DNA from: Cetorhinus maximus
Lineage: Eukaryota
Assembly: GCF_964194155.1 (NCBI RefSeq)
Contig: NC_135887.1
Location: 117,490,001-117,554,000, forward strand
Reading direction: 5' to 3'
DNA length: 64,000 nt
Shown: one piece after another, positions 23,966 to 35,500 of the stretch
Position numbering within the stretch: position 1 is the stretch's first letter
How the letters are laid out: each line of letters starts with the position of its first letter
The notes under the pieces: model-generated
Database searches by the model: none
Told to the model about the DNA's origin: nothing
What the model saw: only the letters and a program-made list of their open reading frames with translations
Translations under genes and position numbers: made by a program

Positions 23966-26532
23966 CTCATACAAACCCATTTCGCCTGTCCCCTCGATGC
24001 AGTGTAGACATTAATACCTTCTTTGCTATCTTCAACATCTCAGTGAAGGGCATCAATCTTAGAATGACTAGTCACAATCTTGTGTGACAATGGTCTCATC
24101 CTTGGAAGCCTAGGCAGCCTATAGAGCATGTTGCCATTCTGTTATGGGATAAGAACTCCTCTAGTGCTGACTGTGAATCAAGTGGACATGGTGCAGTCCT
24201 TTCAATGATCATGCCAACATTTCACTGCCTACGCAGCCTTCAAGAGGCAAGAACAACACTGCAAACATCAGTACACTCATGGCAGTATGCCTGGAGTGTT
24301 ACAAGGCCCCTCAAGAAGCACAGTCATCAATCACCGGTTCTCGCTTAACTGTCTGAGGACTGATCTGAATCCAGACTGCGGCATCTCTCATGCATGAATA
24401 ATTTCCTGGCCTCATCCTCATACTGAGTCCCCAGTATGAGATCACTCTTTAGGCTGCTGTGATCTGTCACTGTCAATCATGGATGCGAGCCTGCAAGTAA
24501 GGTTACCTCTGTGTACACCGAGAGAGCCTCAGCAGCACCATCATCTGATCATTGACAAGCACTCATGACTTGGCCTTCATTGGAAGCTTCCCAAATTCAC
24601 ATCCAGCATTGCCATGGCATCTGGGAGTGAGGGGGCCCAGACAATCTCGACACCATTTAAGAATTACCTCATAATTTTATTGATAAAGACCATAAGCAGA
24701 TGTACTGGAGCTTTGCTCTCACCCCATTAGAGGCTTCCATGTTTTCATTCTAATAGATTAAGATATACACTAGGAAGTCTAGGACATTGATGACACTGAT
24801 ATGATCAAATAATCATGTCGATTGCCCTTCTGAGAGCTAGAACAGGGATTATGTCAAGGCACGCTACCTTCAGGTGCAAACCAGAATCCTCCCATGTCAT
24901 AGGCCGACATCATAAAGCTACATGCACACCTCTAACCTCCCATAGTCATGGCCATCTAGCTATCATTTCAGGAGCCACCACGTGTTAGCTAGGTCCGTTT
25001 CTCTACATCATGCAGGTGGGGAATGGGAATTATTATAGGAGTAATGTTTAGCTATAAACTCAGTCATGACATCACGCTGCAGGCTGCTATGAACGGCTTA
25101 GGTACCTGAACATTACTTAAACTGTTAACCACACGCAAAACTGACATGCATTACATGGAGGACATTGAAAAATGCACTGGGGTTGGAATGACTCCAATGC
25201 GGGTTGCCATTAAAACCAAAAACATATCTATAGAGATCAGACTTCAGTGCAGCAGCATCAGAAGAACAAAGCTGCAAAATCTGTACTCATGAGGCCACAT
25301 TATATGGTCCTTTGATGCAAGTCTTACAAATGAATTAACCAACCACTATGTTGATAGAGCCAACTGGCTTTGCTCGTGTTGCCTCTGCGGACATAGAAGT
25401 GACTTACTGAACTGAGTTTAAGTGAAACACCATAGACCTGAGGGACACAATGGGAGATAAGAGGGGTGGGGGGGGTGCATCTCTTGTACGTGGATGACCT
25501 CTGAGCGTTGCATCAGATAGAAGAGCCATTCAGTAGATGAGACTTTCAGAAAAGCAAAATATATTTACAGCTGTGCAAAGTATACACAGTGAGTGAACAA
25601 CCATGCCACCATTTTGCTCTCAGTGCTTCTTAAGTTTCCTAAACCCACCACTATGTCTAGGTGCATCCCCAGCATCTGCAGCAAAGGTGGAGGCAGCCTG
25701 CTAACTACTATGCAGTGTTGTCTGAGTTGACCTTGGCGGCGACCCCTGGAGGGCCCTGGCCTGCTTTGGGTCTCCTGTGGGGTAGGTGCACCCTCCTTGG
25801 CCTCAGCAACAGGAGTTGCTAGGGTCACAGGCAAGGGGGTAGCTGGACACCTTGAGTGGTTTGCCCCAGGGTGTCTGGCTGATGCTGCTCCTCCCTGGGG
25901 ATGCCCGAGGGTACCTTCCCTTTCTCCTTGGGGAGAAGGAGGGAGAGACTGGAGGGAGATTCAGGTGCCCCATCCCCCTCTCGCCTAGCCACTCGTGGAT
26001 CCCATTCATGGCTAGAGCGATGATGTGCAGCTCCTAGTGCACAACCAGCATAAAGTGCTGGACCAGGGTCTCTATCCCTTCCAATGGTGCCCTTGACATG
26101 CTTGCATGCCAGTGCCATGACATCAGACAGAACATGGACAGACTCCATTCTCATCTGGTGATGGCCTGTGACAACCCTGCCTGTCTTTTGAGCTCCAACG
26201 CTTCTCTGAGGGCTGATTCCAGAGGCTCGTCATCGAACTCTGGTTCAGGAGGAACCTGGCATCCAGCAGACTTTGGCTGTCACTGCCTCCGCCTGCTGTG
26301 CTGTGCTCACCAGATGGTGACCCCCCAAGCCTGCTCTAGAACTAGATCCCGCTGAGGTGTATGCCTGCAATGGTGGAGGGTGACGGTGAGCGCAGTGATG
26401 GGTCTTCATCGAATGTTTCCTTAGTCTCCTCGTCCGAGGTGCTCTGGGGGCTGTGGCTGATGGGATAGCTGGCAATTTCCTGTAGCATTCTGTATTGAAT
26501 GCTGTTTCGCCCATTGTCATCCTCTGCTACAT

Positions 26533-27248
26533 GTAATAGAAACATACAAAATAGGAGCAGGAGTAGGCTACTCGGCCCTTCGAGCCTGCTCCGCCATTCA
26601 TTATGATCATGGCTGATCATCCAATTCAATAGCCTGCTCCCGCTTTCTCCCCATATCCTTTGATCCCTTTCGTCCCAAGAGCTATATCTAACTCCTTCTT
26701 GAAAACATACCATGTTTTGGCCTCAATTACTTTCTGTGGTAGCGAATTCCACAGGCTCACCACTCTCTAGGTGAAGAAATTTCTCCTCATCTCAGTCCTA
26801 AATGGTCTACCCCATATCCTCAGACTGTGACCCCTGGTTCTGGACTCCCCCAACATCAGGAACATCCTTCCTGTATCTACCCTGTCTAGTCCTGTTAGAA
26901 TTTTATAGGTTTCTATGAGATCCCCTCTCATTCTTCTGAACTCCAGCGAATATAATCCTAACCGACTCAATCTCTCCTCATATGTCAGTCCTGCCATCCC
27001 AGGAATAAGTCTGGTAAACCTTCGCTGCACTCCCTCTATTGCAAGAACATCCTTCCTCAGAAATGGAGACCAAAACTGCACACGGTATTCCAAGTGGTCT
27101 CACCAAGGCCTTGAATAATTGCAGTAAGACACCCCTGCTTCTGTATCGAATCCTCTCGCTATGAAAGCCAACATATCATTTGCCTTCTATACCGCCTGCT
27201 GCACCTGCATGCTTACCTTCAACGACTGGTGTACAAGGACACCCAGGT
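26533..27248 (-). mobile_element. CR1 LINE 3' fragment
   Basis: EYRVQFWSPFLRKDVLAIEGVQRRFTRLIPG...RTEMRRNFFT followed by 3' UTR and tail. Confidence 0.9.
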
Positions 27249-29002
27249 ACACAGTAATCTTTGCAAACGCAGTAAGCAGATGCATCATTATAATTTCTCA
27301 AAAATGCAGATATGATTTATGTCAAACACTGTCCAGAATTTTATTTGAACTCTCACAACCTACCTTTTTTTCAAAAAGATTGATTCGATGACTCTGGGCA
27401 GAATCAGTTATAGTTAAAGAAGTGAAGCAACAACAAATTAGCAAATATTTTTCTTAAAGATATGCAAAAAAAGTATGTTGTTGAATTGTTAGGCAAATAC
27501 TGGTCTGTGCTAGCATATAGCTGGAAGTCTCCTTTATGATCCTCCTATTTCCTTTATATTACATATGCTATTTATGCTTATGACTGATAATTGCTTAAAG
27601 CCAGGCATCGACTGCTTTAAAGCAATTGTTGTTTCACTGAAAGGAATATCTGTAGTGCCAGTCAGCCTAAGGAAAGAGGCGACAGAAGTGGCCTCTAACC
27701 TAAAAATGTGTCACACCCTTGTAGCGGCTTTCAGTTGTGATCTATTATTGTTAACTTTGATACCATCAAAAGACCTAAAAGAATGCCATCTGGGGGCTTA
27801 CTTGGTCCTCTGATTTCTAGGTCATTAAACCTTTTTGAAATTCAATTACTAATAGACAATTCAAAAAATGACAAATTGTAGAGCTGTCATTTTCTTTACA
27901 GAAGCTGCTGACAGTCATCAAAAATATTGTCAGTGCGTTTTTGTGGAGTTTTTTTTTTAAAGATTGACTTCAAGTTGATTGTTAACCTTTTGAACGCAGA
28001 AGCAGTGGGGGAAAAACATCAGTTTTTAGCTTATTCTGAGGCCCTAAAATAAAAGTGTGTTCTATGTGCAGCTTTTTGATCTGCAGTCTAACATCGGCAC
28101 TATAAATTTCCAGATTTCCCATACGGTAGTCCCCAAAAAAATCTTTGTATTTTTAAATTAACAAAAGACATTTGCTGCTGTAATGAAAGTTAAATGGAGC
28201 ATAGCTAATGAACAGTGGGAAACAATTTATATTCCACAAATGGACTGACCTGATAACTCACAAAGAAGTGGGCTTGTACCATACATTAGGTTAAGTAAAT
28301 GAGATGATAAAGATTAGAAATACCTGCAAATTTTAAATGTGAACTTAATCAGACTGATTTTGATAATATCGCTCTGAAACTTCTTTCCCTCTTCAATTCC
28401 ACTGTCAATGGCATAAAAAGAGTAAGGAGATGATGTCATCACTTCTAGTATAAATAGTATGTTAAAAGCTGGTGGGATTGGTATGACTCAATTCGGGGAA
28501 CAAAACTATTTGTAGAGATAAATTAGAATTTATTAATTTTATGATATTAATTAAAGTTTTAAGACAGGCATATTACTGACAGGGTCAACTTAACAAAGAA
28601 CAGGGTTCACTGCCGACCAACTAGCTTGGCGAGTACTAAATGCTAAATCTATTCCTTAAAGGTGTAAGTGGGATCAGCTTTGTTACAAGACCACCTTCTG
28701 TTAGCTGTCAGACCTTTTGAATTAGCTTAATTAAGGTGAAACATTTAAAACTCGTGAACCCGAGGACTTTTTACAAGGTACAGAACAAATCTTTGACAGT
28801 TGTTTTCAGATAAATTGATCTTAAACTGTATGCCGTACAGAAATTAGAATCCCCAAGATGGGGATAGTTTAGCAAGGAATTATGTCATACTTCTGTACGA
28901 AAATACTTAGAATTGTAATGTGTAACTAATCATCCTGTGACATTTATTTGAATTTTTATCTGTTAATATTTAGCAAATTACTATTTGTGGTTATTTTTTC
29001 AG

Positions 29003-29124
29003 AGGAGGATAGGTATGAAAGCTACTCACGGATGTTGCTGAAGTATTTTGTAGCAGAAGGTATTGTTTGCGGGCATTCTCTTTTCATAGCATCTGCCAGA
29101 GATCATCCGGAGGAAATATTACAG
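29003..29124 (+). CDS. ELP4: ELP4 internal coding exon (probably equivalent to human exon 3)
   Basis: ttattttttcAG|AG GAG GAT...TTA CAG|GTactg; 122 nt, phase 1 to 0; encodes (E)EDRYESYSRMLLKYFVAEGIVCGHSLFIASARDHPEEILQ, matching recalled vertebrate ELP4 [41 protein letters not shown]. Confidence 0.95.
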
Positions 29125-29236
29125 GTACTGTTTTTGATGAAGATATTATGGGAATGTATTTTGCTTCAATTATTGTGTGACTATGTTTTGTCTCTTAAGT
29201 ATTGATCATTACAGTCACTTGATATCCTTGAAAGGA

Positions 29237-29668
29237 TACTAGGGATGTTGCAATAATATTGTTGCAATCTTAAAGTCATTCCCAAACATCACCTCAGCTG
29301 ATTTGAATGCAGTTTTCTTTTGGCACATCAAAATAAGTACAGGAAAGATGCTGATAGCCAACATTTTCATTCCTCATTAATGGGTACAATAGGTAAATAT
29401 AGATGCATTAATTGATAAATTATAAAAGAAACTTAAAGACCACAATAATAAAATGGCCGGGTTGGATCTGGAACTGACTTTTGTGATGCATTCTTGCAAT
29501 AATACTTTTTAGAGTAGTAAAATAAGGCAATAAGAAAAGAAGTAAAGGACTTAATTCCTGGAGTAGGGACAGTTAGGGGAAAGGGTCATATCTACAGTTC
29601 CTTACCATATTGTGATGTTTGGGAATGATTTTTAAGATTGCAACAATATTATTGCAACATCCCTAGTA
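29237..29668. mobile_element. MITE-like element with ~56-bp near-perfect terminal inverted repeats (TAGGGATG..., hAT/Ac-like terminus)
   Basis: 29237-29292 versus 29612-29668: TACTAGGGATGTTGCAATAATATTGTTGCAATCTTAAA...TCATTCCCAAACATCAC, one small difference; no clear 8-bp TSD. Confidence 0.75.
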
Positions 29669-30302
29669 CCCGATTAATTATTCCTCAATCACATTTAGTC
29701 ACTTGTTTGAAACTTGCAGTCATTTTACATAATTGTTTAGAATTCTGTTAATATAAAAATCACACAAATGTACACTTTTCCCTGCAAAATATACTAAGTA
29801 TAGTGTTCTAAACCCATGAAATTATGAGTGTTCACGGATAATATAGTCCCTAAGCATGCAATTTCTTTTATAATCAAAACTTTCTTTAATAGTATAAAAT
29901 TTAATGTGATGTTTAAATATACATGTAGTCCTTCATAAAGCCTGTCAACCTTGTAATACTACAGGCCTATCACATAAGTAATGTCCTTGGTCATATATCA
30001 CATTGACCTGAATTTTTCCATAGTAATGATGGTGAAACTGTCAGTGTTTGCTATCATTAAACTGACAGCAACTTATGGAGTCTGCATAGGCGGACTTAAA
30101 TACAGAAATTCACAAGTTGCTGTCATTGTGCCTGTGTTTTTCCATAGGGCATACTGTTGAAATCTCCATAGTGTAATCGAATAGAAATTACTGAACTGAC
30201 GAGAGCTTATCCTTTTATGCTGTTAGTCTTGCTGTAAAATACCTTGGAAAACATTGCATTTTGTTCAATGAAATAAAACTAGGTTTTTGACAACATACTA
30301 AG

Positions 30303-30477
30303 CAATGTCCCCTCTAATTCCTTTTTGCTGTGCACAGCCTGCTTGTTGCACTGCGCAGTCTCTTTAAGTTTACTGCACAGGCACCTTAAATGGAATGTTG
30401 GTTGTGCGTGGTCTCTTGGTTCCCTGCGTAGTAGGTTCCAGATTGCTGTGCATCTGGAACCTACTGAGGGAACATTG
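30303..30477. mobile_element. hAT-type MITE
   Basis: TIRs CAATGTCCCCTC / GAGGGAACATTG; 8-bp TSD-like flanks ATACTAAG / GTATTAAG; internal perfect 14-bp hairpin at 30430-30465. Confidence 0.75.
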
Positions 30478-32592
30478 GTATTAAGTTCATAATTGCTGCT
30501 GAAAGACATACCTGTCTCTAAAACAAAACCAATTTAATGTTTGTGGAATGTCAAATTTATCCATAATTATAAAAAAATTCAATAGATTTTTAATTTTATG
30601 ATATTTCACCTTCAACATTAATATAATTATACAATGTGTATATCCCAATCTTTATTTAGCTTTCTGTAAAATAACTAAAGAGTGAAGGATAATCAGTGCC
30701 TTTTACAAGTATAAAACAGAAAATGCTGGAAATACACAGCAGGTCAAGCAGCATCGGGGTGGAGAAACAAAGTTAATGTTTTAGGTTGATGACCCTTTAA
30801 TCAGAACTGACGAAAGATAAATGTTATTTTTTTGAGCAAGTGGGAGGGGGAAGGTCTTTAATAGGATGGAAGGCAGGAGAGATTAAATGACGAATTGTTT
30901 CATGTACAAAACCCAAAAGAAGTGGTAATAGGTATAGGAAAGAAACAAAAGATGATATGAGGTGTGAATGGCTGCATAGCAGCCTTTCAAATGTAACGTT
31001 AGGGAATAAAGAAAGAATTAGACAAAATCAAACCAGAAAAAAAATGAAACAAAATGGAGGTAGAGGTTGTTGCCTAAAATTGTTGAACTCAGTGTTGAGT
31101 CTGGAAGGTTATAGAGTGCCGGGCAAAAGATGAGGTAATGTTCCTCGAGCTTGCATTGAGTTTCATTGAAACACGCAGGCCAAAGACAGGTTAGAGTGGG
31201 AGCATGATGGAGTCTTGAAATGAGAAGCACCTGAAGGCTGGAGGTCATTCTTGTGGACTAAATGAAGGTGTTCCTCAAAATCGTCACACTGTTTGCATTT
31301 GGTCTCCCAATGTAGAGGAGACCATATTGTGAGCTGCGAATACATTCTTTCGCTTGGAAGGGGTGTTTGGGGCCTTGAATGGCGAGAAGGCAGGAGGTAA
31401 AAAGGCAGGTGTTGCATCTCCTGCATTTGCATGGAAAGCTGCCATAGGAAAGAGAGGATTGTTGGGGTAACTGAGGAATGGACCATGGTGTTGCAAAGGA
31501 AATGGTGCCTTCAGAATGTTAGGGGAAGTCCAGGACGATGTAGCTAGAGGTGGCAAAAATGGTGGAGGATGATCCGTTAAATACGGAAGCCAGTGAGATG
31601 GGGAATGAGAACAAGGGGAACTCTGTCATGGCTCTGGGAAGGAAGGAAAACGAAGGGATGAGAGCAGAAGGTCATGAAATAGATTAGACATTGGGGAGGT
31701 CACTGTAAGCTACAGTGGAGAGAATCCTCGGTTGAGGAAAAAGGAAAAACATAGGTAGTGCTAGTATGGAAGGTTGTCAAAAGATGCACTTTAACAAAAA
31801 ACTTTTTATCTTAATTTCAGGCGTAAAGTCAAAAGCTTCGCCAACGCATGGGCACCAACATCTCTCTAGATCTTTCCTCTCCTTCCCTCCTTTTCTTCTG
31901 ACCCCACCTGTTCCTCAAATCACACCCCTTGCCGTGTATTCACGATACCCTCTGACCTTCACCTCACTGACTCTCTACGCTTTGTCCGCGGCATAGCTTC
32001 ATCCCCTTACACCAACACATCAATTAATTTCGAGCTCTGCATTATGCTGAACTCTTCTTCAGTCACCTGTACCTCCACGTCAATTTCTTTGGCCAGGAGT
32101 CTTCCCCCACCTTGGTGGACCCTTTTACCCATCCCCCATATTCTCTCTGGGCCTGGACCCCTCCCTCTGGCCTCTTAGCCTCTCTAGATCTTTTCATGAG
32201 AACTGCTGGTGTGACATTGGGCATCTTAATTTCTCTGCTCCTCTCACTCACTCCAACCTACTTCCTTCTGAACTTGTAACTCTCTGTTCTCTCAAGTCAT
32301 ACCCTAACATTGTCATCAAATCTGCTGACAAGGGTGGAATTGTTGTTGCATGGTGTACTGACTTTTACCTAGCAGAGGCTCAATGCCAACTCTCCGACAC
32401 TTCCTCCTACCTCACCCTGGACCATGACTCCATTACCAAATATCAAGCCATTGCATATAGGACTGTTACTGACCTGACATCCTCTGGAGATCTTGCTCCA
32501 AAGCCTCAAGCTCAAAGGCACCCAGCCCCAAATAGCCCACTTCAACCTCTTTTTCCAAAATCCATAAATAAAACTGCCTTGCTTGACCCATT

Positions 32593-35500
32593 TTTTAAAA
32601 AAATTATTCATGGGATGTGGGCTTCTCTGGCTGGTCCAGCATTTATTGCCCATCCCTAATTGCCCTTGAGAAGGTAGTGGTGATAAAAAGTTTGCACCGC
32701 TGCAGCCCATGTGGTGTAGGTACATCCATAGTGCTGTTAGGAGAGGGTTCTAGGATTTTGACCCAGGGGCAGTGAAGGAACGGCGATATATTTCCAAATC
32801 GGGATGATGAGTGACTTGGAAGGGAACTTCCAGGTGGTGGTGTTCCCATCTATCTGCTGCCTTTGTCCTTCTAGATGGTAGTGGTTGTGGGTATGGAAGG
32901 TGCTGTCTAAGGAGCTTTGGTGAATTCCCGCAGTGCATCTTGTAGATGGTACACACTGCTGCTACTGTGCGTCGGTAGTGGAGGTAGTGAATGTTTGTGG
33001 ACGTGGTGCCAATCAAGCGTGCTGCTTTGTCCTGGACGGTGTCAAGCTTCTTGAGTGTTGTGGGAGCTGCACTCATCCAGGCAAGTGGGGAGTATTCCAT
33101 CACATTCCTGACTTGTATATGTAGATGGTGGACAGGCTTTGGGGAGACAAGAGAGAGGTGGGTTACCCATCGCATGATTCCTAGCCTCTGACCTGTCTTG
33201 TAGCCACAGTATTTATCTGGGAAAATCAGGTTGGTAGTGGATCCCAAAAAAAGGAATTTGTGGAATGTCTACGAGATGGCTTTTTGGAGCAGCTTGTGGT
33301 GGGACCCACTAGGGAACAGGTAATTCTAGATTTAGTGATGTGTAATGAGGCAGATTTGATAAGGGAGCTTAAGGTGAAGGAACCCTTAGGAGGAAGTGAC
33401 CATAATATGATAGAATTTACCCTGCAATTTGAGAGGAAAAAGCTGGAATCAGATGTAACGGTATTACAGTTGAATAAAGGCAACTACAGAGGCATGAGGG
33501 AGGAGCTGGCCAAAATTGACTAGGAGATGAGCCTAGCAGGAAAGACAGTGGAACAGCAATGGCAGGAGTTTCTGGGAGTAATTTGGGAGACACAGCAAAA
33601 ATTCATCCCTAGGAAGAAGAAGCATACTAAAGGGAGGACGAGACAACCATGGCTAACAAGAGAAGTCAGGGACAGCATAAAAGCTAAAGAGAAAGCATAC
33701 AATGTGGCGAAGAGCAGTGGGAAGCCAGGGGATTGGGAGGCCTACAAAGACCAACAGAGGACAACTAAAAAAGAAATAAGGAGGGAGAAGATTAAATAAG
33801 AGGGTAAACTAGCCAGCAATATAAAAGAAGATTGCAAGAGATTTTTTAGATCTATAAAGGGTAAGAGAGAGGTAAAAGTGGACATTGGGCCGCTGGAAAA
33901 TGACGCTGGAGAAGTAGCAGTGGGGAACAAAGAAATGGCGGAGGAATTGAATAGGTACTTTGCATCAGTCTTCACAGTGGAAGACACGAGTGACATCCCC
34001 AAAGTTCAAGAGAGTCGGGGGGGCAGAGGTGAGTATGGTGGCCATTACCAAGTAGAAGATGCTAGGAAAACTGAAAGGTCTGAAGGTGGATAAATCACCT
34101 GGACCAGATGGATTACACTCCAGAGTTCTGAAGGAGATAGCTGAAGAGATAGTGGAGGCGTTAGTGGCAATCTTTCAGGAATCACTGGAGTCAAGGAGGG
34201 TCCCAGAGGACTGGAAAATCACTAATGTAACCCCCCTGTTTAAGAGGGGAGTGAGGCAAAAGACGGGAAATTACAGGCCAATTAACCTGACCTCGGTAGT
34301 TGGTAAGATTTTAGAGTCCATTATTAAGGATGAGATTTCAGAATACTTGTAGGTTAGACAAAGGAGAGCCAATGGAAGTTATCTACTTGGACTTCCAGAA
34401 GGCCTTTGACAAGGTGCCGCACAGGAGGCTGCTCAGTAAGATAAGAGCCCATGGTGTTAGAGGCAAAGTACTAGCATGGATAGAAGATAGGCCATCTGGC
34501 AGGAGGCAGAGAGTGGGGATAAGAGGGTCCTTCTCAGGATGGTGGCCGGTGACTGGTGGAGTTCCGCAGGGGTCAGTGTTAGGACCACAACTTTTCACTT
34601 TATACATTAATGATCTAGATGAAGGAACTGAGGGCATCCTGGCTAAGTTTGCAGATGATACAAAGATGGAGGGACAGGTAGTATTGAGGAGGCGGTGAGG
34701 CTGCAGAAGGATTTGGACAGATTAGGAGAATGGGCAAAGAAGTGGCAGATGGAATACAACGTGGGGAAGTGTGAGGTCATGCACTTTGGTAGGAAGAATA
34801 GAGGCATAGACTATTTTCTAAATGGGGAGAGAATTCAGAAATCTGGAGTGCAAAGGGACTTGGGAGTCCTAGTCCAGGATTCTCTTAAGGTTAACTTGCA
34901 GGTTGAGTCGGTAGTTAGGAAGGCAAATGCAATGTTGGCATTTATTTCGAGAGGACTAGAATATAAAAGCAGGGATGTGCTGCTGAAGCTTTATAAGGCT
35001 CTGGTCAGACCACATTTAGAATATTGTGAGCAATTTTGAGCCCCGTATCTCAGGAAGGATGTGCTGGCCCTGGAGGGGGTCCAGAGGAGGTTCACGAGAA
35101 TGATCCCAGGAATGAAAGGCTTAAGAAATGAGGAACGTTTGAGGACTCTGGGTCTATACTCGATGGAGTTTAGAAGGATATGGGGGGATCTGATTGAAAC
35201 TTACAGAATACTGAAAGGCCTGGATAGAGTGGACATGGGGAAGATGTTTCCATTAGTAGGAGCGACTAGGACCCGAGGGCACAGCCTCAGAGTAAAGGGA
35301 AGACCTTTTAGAACACAGATGAGGAGAAACTTCTTTAGCCAGAGAGTGGTGAATCTATGGAATTCATTGCCACAGAAGGCTGTGGAGGCCAGGTCATTGA
35401 GTATATTTAAGATCGAGATAGATAGGTTCTTGATTGGTAAGGGGATTAAAGGTTACGGGGAGAAGGCGGGAGAATGGGGTTGAGAAACTTATCAGCCATG

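Larger units (their letters stand above)
19700..26530. mobile_element. Harbinger transposon copy 2 (right end lost), containing a segment of another Harbinger family
   Basis: Left terminus GGGTGGGATTTTC homologous to copy 1; transposase at 22711-23965 (+); Myb last exon ~25620-26530 (-), cut off by a CR1. Confidence 0.75.

Noticed and set aside
1-29002. Upstream short ELP4 exon (GGGLAVGT.LLIE-like) and the exon following 52298
   Set aside because: Not found by eye; they probably lie outside the window, though a small exon could have been missed.
28948-29205. 85-aa ORF as a stand-alone gene
   Set aside because: Only the central 122 nt are an ELP4 exon; the rest is intronic read-through.
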